From contig CAZNOH010000002.1 of the NCBI GenBank assembly GCA_964574655.1, positions 108,596 to 172,595 of the forward strand: a stretch of DNA of 64,000 nt, in the 5' to 3' direction. Shown piece by piece: positions 37,099 to 44,232 of this stretch. Both the position numbers and the translations under genes were made by a program. Every line of letters starts with the position of its first letter. The first letter of the stretch is position 1. This stretch comes from an uncultured Candidatus Saccharibacteria bacterium. GTDB lineage: Bacteria > Patescibacteriota > JABMPQ01 > JAQVVF01. The notes beneath the pieces were generated by a model. That model ran no database searches. It saw nothing but the letters and a program-made list of their open reading frames with translations, and was not told where the DNA came from.

Positions 37099-38298
37099 AT
37101 GTCTAACAACTTTTATCTAAAAATTCTCGCCATAATCTCTGCAATCTTCCTGTGGTTTTTTGTTATCAATGAAGGTTTTCAGGTCAATAATCTTGATACT
37201 GAAATTCAAATCAAGGTTCATAATCTTTCCGAAGATTTGATGGTCACAAATAATTTAGAATCAGTCAAATTAAAACTTCGCGCGCCAACTGATGTCTGGC
37301 AAAAAAAAGATATTGCTAGCAAAATAAATGCCTCGATTGATTTGCAATATTTGGATCAAGGCGAATACGAAGTTGAAGTACAAGTAGAAACTTTAGACAA
37401 AAGCATTCAAATAATTGAACAAGATCCTGAATCAGTCCATGTTCTTCTATCTCCGATTATTTCAACTGAGGAACAGATTGAACTGGAAACATCAGGAAAT
37501 CTAGGCAAAGACTATGTTGCCGATAAACCAAAGTTTTCTCAAGAAAAAGCTAACGTAGAAAGCGCCCAAGTTATTTTAGACAAGATTGTCAAAGTTGTCG
37601 CGCCAATAAAATATGATAATGAAATGTCAGAAATAAAAAGAACAGTTGAATTAGAAGCAAGAGATAAAGATAATAAAAAAATTGATAAAGTAAATATCAC
37701 TCCAAAAACAATAGAAGTTATCATTCCAGTTAGTAAAGAAAATGGCGAAAAAACAGTTGGCGTTAAAGCTAATATAATTGGCAATCTTCCAGCAGGTGCA
37801 ACAATTGAAAAAATTGAGACCAATCCATCAACAGTTGTTATTAAAGGCAAAAATGAAAAAATAAAAAATATTGATACGGTTGAAACTAGTCAAATTAATT
37901 TAAGTGAAATAACTGAAGATGTTAATACAAAAACAGTTGGTTTGGAACTGGCAGAAGGAATAGAAGCAAAAGACAATCCGCAAATTACCGTTACGATTTA
38001 TCTTAGCCAAGAAAAAATTTCCAAATCATTTTCCGGAATTATTAAATATAAAAATCTTAGCGACCGATTTAAAGTTGGAGGCATTATGCCAAGCCGTATC
38101 CAATTGACAATTGAAGGCCCTTCTGCTAAAATCAATAGCTTGAATGAAGATCAAGTTTTTGTGGAAATTGATTTAGCAAATAAATCAGAAGGAACTCCAG
38201 AATTCAATATTTCGCCTGAGAGTATTTCTGTGCCATCGGGTATTTCTGTCAAAAGTGTTGAAACAAAAAATGTTAAGGTGATAATAATCAGAAAATAA
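37099..38298 (+). CDS. cdaR: CdaR/YbbR-domain regulator
   Basis: KILAIISAIFLWFFV anchor followed by YbbR-like repeats; follows cdaA. Confidence 0.88.
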   Translation: MSNNFYLKILAIISAIFLWFFVINEGFQVNNLDTEIQIKVHNLSEDLMVTNNLESVKLKLRAPTDVWQKKDIASKINASIDLQYLDQGEYEVEVQVETLDKSIQIIEQDPESVHVLLSPIISTEEQIELETSGNLGKDYVADKPKFSQEKANVESAQVILDKIVKVVAPIKYDNEMSEIKRTVELEARDKDNKKIDKVNITPKTIEVIIPVSKENGEKTVGVKANIIGNLPAGATIEKIETNPSTVVIKGKNEKIKNIDTVETSQINLSEITEDVNTKTVGLELAEGIEAKDNPQITVTIYLSQEKISKSFSGIIKYKNLSDRFKVGGIMPSRIQLTIEGPSAKINSLNEDQVFVEIDLANKSEGTPEFNISPESISVPSGISVKSVETKNVKVIIIRK

Positions 38299-38303
38299 TT
38301 CAC

Positions 38304-38332
38304 GTAGAGACGTTGCAATGCAACGTCTCTAC
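38304..38332. repeat. GTAG-type REP-like palindrome
   Basis: GTAGAGACGTTGCA-A-TGCAACGTCTCTAC, perfect 14-bp arms. Confidence 0.85.
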
Positions 38333-38351
38333 CAAGAAATAATTTTTAAAC

Positions 38352-38924
38352 ATGCTAATCCCAACAGTCATCGAAAAATCTAACTATGGCGAACGTGCCT
38401 ACGATATTTATTCAAGACTTTTGAAAGATAGAATTGTTTTTTTAGGTGGAGAAATTGATGATAATTTAGCTAATACAGTTATCGCTCAATTATTATTCTT
38501 AGAATCAGAAGATAAAACAAAAGATATAAAACTATATATTAATTCAAATGGCGGATCAGTTAGCGCTGGACTAGCAATTTATGATACAATGCAATATATC
38601 AAGCCAGATGTGTCAACTATTTGTGTTGGCTTAGCTGCATCAATGGGAGCAACACTTTTATTAGCTGGCGCAAAAAATAAAAGACTATCTCTGCCAAATT
38701 CGGAAATAATGCTTCACCAAATCATGGGAGGAGTTCAAGGTCAAGCTTCTGATATTGAAATCACTGCCAAACAAATCCTAAAGCTTAAAGAAAGATTGAA
38801 CAAAATTATTGCCAAGCACACTAATCAAAAATTAAGCCAAATTGAGCAAGATACAGACCGAGATTTTTATATGACTGCCGAAGATGCCAAGAAATATGGC
38901 ATCGTTGATCAAATAATAAAATAA
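38352..38924 (+). CDS. clpP: ATP-dependent Clp protease proteolytic subunit
   Basis: [29 protein letters not shown]. Confidence 0.97.
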   Translation: MLIPTVIEKSNYGERAYDIYSRLLKDRIVFLGGEIDDNLANTVIAQLLFLESEDKTKDIKLYINSNGGSVSAGLAIYDTMQYIKPDVSTICVGLAASMGATLLLAGAKNKRLSLPNSEIMLHQIMGGVQGQASDIEITAKQILKLKERLNKIIAKHTNQKLSQIEQDTDRDFYMTAEDAKKYGIVDQIIK

Positions 38925-38926
38925 AA

Positions 38927-39055
38927 ATGAAAAAAATCACCAATATTTTAAGGTCAATGCCAGTCGTTATTATAGGTTTTATTTCTGGTATATTTTTATT
39001 TGGAATCTTGGGTTTGCTTTGGCGAAGAAAGAAGAAGAAAGAAATTAAAAAATAA
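38927..39055 (+). CDS. 42-aa single-TM protein, not in the ORF track
   Basis: MKKITNILRSMPVVIIGFISGIFLFGILGLLWRRKKKKEIKK*; starts 2 nt after the clpP stop. Confidence 0.5.
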   Translation: MKKITNILRSMPVVIIGFISGIFLFGILGLLWRRKKKKEIKK

Positions 39056-39068
39056 TTTATTTTATCGC

Positions 39069-39097
39069 GTAGGGGCGGAGTTTATCTCCGCCTTTTT
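39069..39097 (+). terminator. GTAG-REP-like hairpin probably acting as an intrinsic terminator
   Basis: GTAGG-GGCGGAG-TTTAT-CTCCGCC-TTTTT. Confidence 0.7.
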
Positions 39098-39157
39098 CAA
39101 TAAAAAAAATCTCACCAGGTGGTGAGTTTTATATTTAAGGTGCATTTTTTAGTTTTT

Positions 39158-39535
39158 TTATCTTGGTACTTCGCGATAAGTAGGTTCACTATGCGGGGTC
39201 AAATCTGCTACAGCAATGATTTTACCATTTTTTCTGCCAATATGAATTGTTACCTGGCATCTTTCTTGCGCTCCGATTATTTCAATAATTTCACGATCAA
39301 AACCTCTCTGTTCCCAACGCGTTCCTCGATAAATACTTACAACAGCTTCATTGCCATCAAAACCAGTAAAGACTCCTTGATAAGACTGAAGATAACCATC
39401 TTTATCAAACTTTCCCATTGATTCTAACTCTTCCGGCGTTCTTGCCCAAAAGGAGCCATCAATGAAAGTTCTTCTTTTAGATTCTGCAAGATGATAAAGA
39501 AAATCCTCATCAATTACAACTTGCAGTTCAGACAC
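39158..39535 (-). CDS. Hypothetical protein (stand-alone cassette)
   Basis: GTG start behind GGAGG; terminator CTCACC-AGGT-GGTGAG at 39110-39127. Confidence 0.6.
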   Translation of the reverse strand: MSELQVVIDEDFLYHLAESKRRTFIDGSFWARTPEELESMGKFDKDGYLQSYQGVFTGFDGNEAVVSIYRGTRWEQRGFDREIIEIIGAQERCQVTIHIGRKNGKIIAVADLTPHSEPTYREVPR

Positions 39536-39603
39536 TCTCTTTCCTCCTTTTGTTTCAGACTGGCTTAAATTTATAATATTTTGCCTTAATAGTCAAGTTT
39601 GCT

Positions 39604-39648
39604 TAACCAATCTAACTAGTTTAACTTTTCTAACCAGTCTAACCTTTT
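39604..39648. repeat. Five 9-nt periodic units (TAACNNNTN), probable solo arm
   Basis: TAACCAATC TAACTAGTT TAACTTTTC TAACCAGTC TAACCTTTT. Confidence 0.6.
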
Positions 39649-39652
39649 AATC

Positions 39653-39681
39653 TTGCCAAAAAAATTTATTTCTGCTATACT
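39653..39681 (+). promoter_or_regulatory. sigma70 promoter of rny
   Basis: TTGCCA-N17-TATACT with extended -10 TG. Confidence 0.65.
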
Positions 39682-39903
39682 AAAAGAGTTAGATAACAAA
39701 TTCTAACATTATTAAATTAATTAACAGTCGCATCTGTAAATTGTTGAATTAAATCAAAATTTTACTTTAAGAATTATGTTTGATCTTGAAAAACATCTTT
39801 ATTCAAGCCAAAATCACTCAGAAATTACACTTATCAAGCTGATAAGCTCGTTTTAAAACCAAAGAAGAAATTTATTCACTTTTTATGGATGTGATGCAAT
39901 GAA

Positions 39904-41436
39904 ATGAATAGTCTAGTATTAATTGCAGTTGCTTCTGTTCTTGCGCTGGCCTTAGGCCTAGTAATCGGCTACATCTTAAGAAAGCTAATTGCCAAAAGCA
40001 GGCAAGATTCAGTTGAAGCAAAAACTCAAAATTTAGTAGAAACTGCAAAAGTAAAACAAAGAGAAATCCTATTAGAAACAAAGACTCAAGCTCTCGAAAT
40101 TAAAGAAAACGCTGAAAAAGAACAGCGAGAAGGAAGAGCCAAGCTTTTAGATTTTCAAGGAAAATTATCCCAAAGAGAAGGGATTTTGAATCAGAAATTA
40201 GAATCAATATCTCAAAAAGAAGAACAGCTAGAAAAAGGCAATCACACAGTCCAAAGAAAAACTCAAGAATTAGTCGAAATCCGCAAAAAGCAAATGGCAA
40301 CATTAGAAAAAGTTGCTTCTTTATCACGAGAAAAAGCCAAGGAAGTTCTTTTAGAAATGGTTGAAAAAGATCAGCAAGATCGTGTTTTAGAAATTGTCAA
40401 AAGAGCGGAAGACCGTGCCAAGGACGAGGCAGATACAAAGGCTCGCAATATTATTTCCCAAGCTATTGAAAAATATGCTCGATCTCAAGCTTCCGAATCA
40501 ACAGCTACAACCGTATCTTTGCCTTCTGATGAAATGAAGGGCAGAATTATCGGTCGTGAAGGCAGGAACATCAAGAAAATAGAAGAGCTTTGCGGTATTG
40601 AAATTGTTGTTGATGACACGCCAGAGGCAATCGTCATTTCTGGGTTCAATCCAATCAGGCGCCACGTAGCCAAGAGAACATTAGAAAAATTAATTCAAGA
40701 TGGTCGTATTCATCCAGCCAAAATTGAAGAAACAGTTGAGCAGGTCAAAAAAGAGATTGCTCGTGAAATCAAAGAAGCTGGCGAGCAAACAGTTTACGAA
40801 CTTGGTATTGCCGACTTAGATACAAAATTAGTTCAGTTATTAGGTCGTTTGCAATTCAGATCATCTTATGGCCAAAATGTTTTAAAGCACTCAATTGAAG
40901 TTGCGAATTTTTCCAAAATAATCGCTTCCGAGTTAGGAGCTGATGTTGAAATTGCTAAAAGAGCTGGCTTGCTTCATGATATTGGCAAGGCTGTTGATCA
41001 TGAAATTGAAGGAACGCATATTGAAATTGGTAAAAATATCTTGAAAAAGTTTGGCGTTTCCGAAGCAATCATTCATGCAATGGAATGTCATCATGAAGAT
41101 TATGAGCCAAAAACAGTTGAAGCAGTAATCGTTAAAGCTGCTGATGGAATTTCAGGTGCCAGACCAGGAGCTCGAAAAGACACTTATGAAAATTACATAA
41201 AACGTTTAACTGATCTTGAAAACATTGCGTTAAGTTTTGAAGGCGCTGAAAAAGCTTATGCTATTCAAGCTGGCCGTGAAGTTCGTGTTTTTGTCACTCC
41301 TGACCAAGTTGATGATTTAGCGGCTAAGAAATTATCTCAGAACATTGCTGACAAAATAGAAAAAGAATTAAAATATCCAGGCGAAATTAAAATCAGTGTA
41401 ATCCGTGAAACTAGAGCTGTGGATTTTGCTAGATAA
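39904..41436 (+). CDS. rny: Ribonuclease Y
   Basis: N-terminal TM, coiled coil, KH (KGRIIGREGRNI), HD (LLHDIGK), AIQAGRE. Confidence 0.97.
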   Translation: MNSLVLIAVASVLALALGLVIGYILRKLIAKSRQDSVEAKTQNLVETAKVKQREILLETKTQALEIKENAEKEQREGRAKLLDFQGKLSQREGILNQKLESISQKEEQLEKGNHTVQRKTQELVEIRKKQMATLEKVASLSREKAKEVLLEMVEKDQQDRVLEIVKRAEDRAKDEADTKARNIISQAIEKYARSQASESTATTVSLPSDEMKGRIIGREGRNIKKIEELCGIEIVVDDTPEAIVISGFNPIRRHVAKRTLEKLIQDGRIHPAKIEETVEQVKKEIAREIKEAGEQTVYELGIADLDTKLVQLLGRLQFRSSYGQNVLKHSIEVANFSKIIASELGADVEIAKRAGLLHDIGKAVDHEIEGTHIEIGKNILKKFGVSEAIIHAMECHHEDYEPKTVEAVIVKAADGISGARPGARKDTYENYIKRLTDLENIALSFEGAEKAYAIQAGREVRVFVTPDQVDDLAAKKLSQNIADKIEKELKYPGEIKISVIRETRAVDFAR

Positions 41437-41445
41437 AAAAATAAC

Positions 41446-41558
41446 TCGCTAATAGTTTGCGAATATTTGCTAATCTTTTGCTAATAAAGTTTATTTCATG
41501 GTCATTGTCTTTTACTTTATTCGCAAACTATTCGCAAATATTAGCAAATTATTAGCGA
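41446..41558. repeat. Long periodic palindrome, 10-nt TTTGC(T/G)AAT class
   Basis: TCGCTAAT... and ...ATTAGCGA ends; loop shared with 43644-43735. Confidence 0.9.
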
Positions 41559-41567
41559 TCAACTTTT

Positions 41568-42359
41568 ATGATAATCTTATTCTTCGGCGATATCGTTGGC
41601 CGTTCAGGACGTAGTGCCATCAAAAAAATATTGCCGGAATTGAAAGCAAAATATAATCCTGATTTAGTAATAGCCAATGGCGAAAATCTCGCCCATGGTC
41701 TTGGCATAACCAAAAAAACTGTCCAAGAAGTTTTAGACGCCGGCGTTGATATTTTAACTTCTGGAAATCATGTCTATGACAAAACAGAAGGGGTTGAAAT
41801 GTTAGACCAAGACAAAGATTTGCCAATCGTTAGACCAGCCAATTATCCAAAAGAAAATCCAGGCAAGTCATACATCATCAAGCAGGTCCGCACCAAAAAA
41901 GTTTTGGTCACTAATGTTCTAGGCCGTGTTTTCATGAAAGAAGATTTAGACTGCCCATTCAAAACTGTTGACTCCATTTTAGAAGAGACAAAAAACGAAA
42001 AAATAGATTTTAGCATTGTAGATTTTCACAAAGAAGCTACGTCAGAAGTAAAAGCATTGGGTTTTTATTTGGACGGAAAAGTTTCTGCTGTCTTAGGTAC
42101 TCATACCCATGTTCAAACTTCTGATGAGGAAGTATTAGAAAAAGGTACTGCCTACATTACTGATGTTGGCATGGTTGGAATCAAGGATTCTGTTTTAGGC
42201 GTTCAAAAAGAAAAAGTCATCAGCCAATTTATGACTCAAATGACTCACAGATGGGAAGTTGATGAAACTGGGAATTGCATTGTTAATGCTGTTGTTCTGG
42301 AATTAGATAAAGATAATAAAACAAAAATTACCAGAATCAATGAAGAAGTAGAGATTTAA
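41568..42359 (+). CDS. ymdB: YmdB-family metallophosphoesterase
   Basis: GDIVG, NGEN, SGNH, DFHKEATSE, GTHTHV; follows rny. Confidence 0.92.
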   Translation: MIILFFGDIVGRSGRSAIKKILPELKAKYNPDLVIANGENLAHGLGITKKTVQEVLDAGVDILTSGNHVYDKTEGVEMLDQDKDLPIVRPANYPKENPGKSYIIKQVRTKKVLVTNVLGRVFMKEDLDCPFKTVDSILEETKNEKIDFSIVDFHKEATSEVKALGFYLDGKVSAVLGTHTHVQTSDEEVLEKGTAYITDVGMVGIKDSVLGVQKEKVISQFMTQMTHRWEVDETGNCIVNAVVLELDKDNKTKITRINEEVEI

Positions 42360-42364
42360 AGAAT

Positions 42365-42491
42365 AAAAATTCTAAATTCTAAATCCCAAACTCTAAATAA
42401 ATTCAAAATTTAAATTTCCAAAAGTTTCAAAAATTTAGAATTTTGGATTTTATATTTATTTAGAATTTAGAATTTAGTGTTTAGGATTTTT
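42365..42491. repeat. Long periodic palindrome, CTAAATN class
   Basis: Same architecture as 36071-36197, without the CG core. Confidence 0.85.
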
Positions 42492-42510
42492 TTTAAAATA
42501 AAAATAATTT

Positions 42511-43581
42511 ATGTCAAATAAAACAAATCAACATCCATCAGAATTACGCCAAGACATTGTTTCTAAAAACTGGGTTGTCATTGCATCTGGAAGATCTAAG
42601 AGGCCAAAATCTTATGAAGGTCTTAAATCAGCAGTTTTAGAACAACCAAAAAAAGATTGTCCATTTTGTAATTTCGATAAACAGCAAGATGTCCAAGTCT
42701 CTTTAATCCATAAATTATCACAAAATGATCCTTATGTTAGCGAATTAAAAAAAGAAGGTAATCCTTTGCCGACTTGGAAAAAAGAGCCTTATAGCATTAT
42801 AGATATCCAAAACAAATTTCCTGCTTTTGTGAAAAATGTAAATTTTAAAGAAAAACAAGTTGGGCCGTATAAGGTATTGCCAGGCTATGGTTATCACGAA
42901 GTCATAATTCCAGCATCTCATGACAAAACTTATGGCCAGTTGCCTAATCAGAGAGTGAAAGAAATTATTGATGTTTTTCAAGCTCGCTATCTAGCTTTAG
43001 CAAAAGAACCGCACATTGATTATATTTCCATAATTCATAATCATCGGCCAGAAGCCGGCGCATCTATTGCTCATCCTCATTCACAGCTTTTTGCAATTCC
43101 AGTAATTCCCAAAGACATTAGAAATTCTCTGCATGGTTCTAGGAAATATTTTGAAGAACATGGCAAATGTCCGCATTGTGAAATATTAGAATGGGAAAGA
43201 AAAGAAAAAGCTCGTGTTATTTATGAAAACGAAGATTTTATCTGCGTTTGTCCGTTCACTTCAGTTGTTGCTTTTGAAGTAAGAATTTATCCCAAGCTCC
43301 ACTCGCCATATTTTGAAAGAATTGAAGATAACGAAAAGATAAGTTTAGCTAAAGCCTTGAAAGCTAGTTTAAGCAAAATTTTCAAGGCTTTGAATGATCC
43401 GCCATTCAATTTTTTCATACATACAGCGCCAGCTGATGAGCAAAATCATGATCATTATCATTGGCATATTGAGATATTGCCGAAAGTTACAATTTGGGCA
43501 GGATTTGAATTATCAACCGGAATTGAAATATCAACCGTTGAACCAGAACAAGCAGCAAAAACATTACGCGAGATTAAGTAA
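42511..43581 (+). CDS. galT: Galactose-1-phosphate uridylyltransferase-like protein (HIT superfamily)
   Basis: SELRQD, RSKRP, CPFC, NKFP, GASIAHPHSQ, YHWHIEI. Confidence 0.88.
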   Translation: MSNKTNQHPSELRQDIVSKNWVVIASGRSKRPKSYEGLKSAVLEQPKKDCPFCNFDKQQDVQVSLIHKLSQNDPYVSELKKEGNPLPTWKKEPYSIIDIQNKFPAFVKNVNFKEKQVGPYKVLPGYGYHEVIIPASHDKTYGQLPNQRVKEIIDVFQARYLALAKEPHIDYISIIHNHRPEAGASIAHPHSQLFAIPVIPKDIRNSLHGSRKYFEEHGKCPHCEILEWERKEKARVIYENEDFICVCPFTSVVAFEVRIYPKLHSPYFERIEDNEKISLAKALKASLSKIFKALNDPPFNFFIHTAPADEQNHDHYHWHIEILPKVTIWAGFELSTGIEISTVEPEQAAKTLREIK

Positions 43582-43643
43582 GAAAGTTATTAACATTTGA
43601 TCATTTGCTATTATATTTTGGCTTAGTTATAATAAAAACAACT

Positions 43644-43735
43644 TCGCTAATCATTTGCTAATACTTGCGAATAATTTGCTAATAAAAATTATTTTATGAT
43701 CATTGTCTTTTACTTTATTAGCAAATTATTAGCGA
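43644..43735. repeat. Long periodic palindrome, 10-nt class (short right arm), in the hup leader
   Basis: Loop is 26/28 identical to that of 41446-41558. Confidence 0.85.
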
Positions 43736-43757
43736 TTAATGAAGGGTGGTGATAAAC

Positions 43758-44039
43758 ATGACAAAAATGGCTTTAATTGAAAAATTATCCGCCAAATTAG
43801 GAATCTCAAAAAGAGAAACAGATAAATACATTTCAACATTCATTGAAATTGTTACTGAAGAATTAAAACAAGACAATAAAGTTGCTGTCACTGGTTTCGG
43901 TACTTTCTCAGTTTCAGATAGAAAAGCAAGAGAAGGTGTTAATCCACAAAATCCAAAACAAAGAATCACAATTCCTGCTATGAAATTACCAAAATTTACA
44001 GCCGGAAAAACGCTTAAAGATAATTTACGTGCTATTTAA
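43758..44039 (+). CDS. hup: DNA-binding protein HU
   Basis: TGFGTFSV..RKAREGVNPQ...PKFTAGKTLK. Confidence 0.95.
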   Translation: MTKMALIEKLSAKLGISKRETDKYISTFIEIVTEELKQDNKVAVTGFGTFSVSDRKAREGVNPQNPKQRITIPAMKLPKFTAGKTLKDNLRAI

Positions 44040-44063
44040 AACTTAAAATTTTAATATATTTTT

Positions 44064-44092
44064 AAAGACGAGAATTTGCTTCTCGTCTTTTT
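44064..44092 (+). terminator. Intrinsic terminator after hup
   Basis: AAGACGAGAA-TTTGC-TTCTCGTCTT-TTT. Confidence 0.75.
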
Positions 44093-44107
44093 AATTATTG
44101 CGTTCCG

Positions 44108-44185
44108 ACCCCTGCCATGGGCAGGGTAGAATTTTCGCCCACTTGTCAAAAAAATAGCAACTTCTACCCTCCCCATGGGAGGGGT
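44108..44185. repeat. REPIN-like doublet of inverted REP hairpins
   Basis: ACCCCTGCCATGGGCAGGGTAGAA ... TTCTACCCTCCCCATGGGAGGGGT (22/24 inverted match). Confidence 0.8.
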
Positions 44186-44232
44186 AAAGAAAGTTTTTTT
44201 AGTTTTTTAATTTTTTATGTTAAAATCATTTC

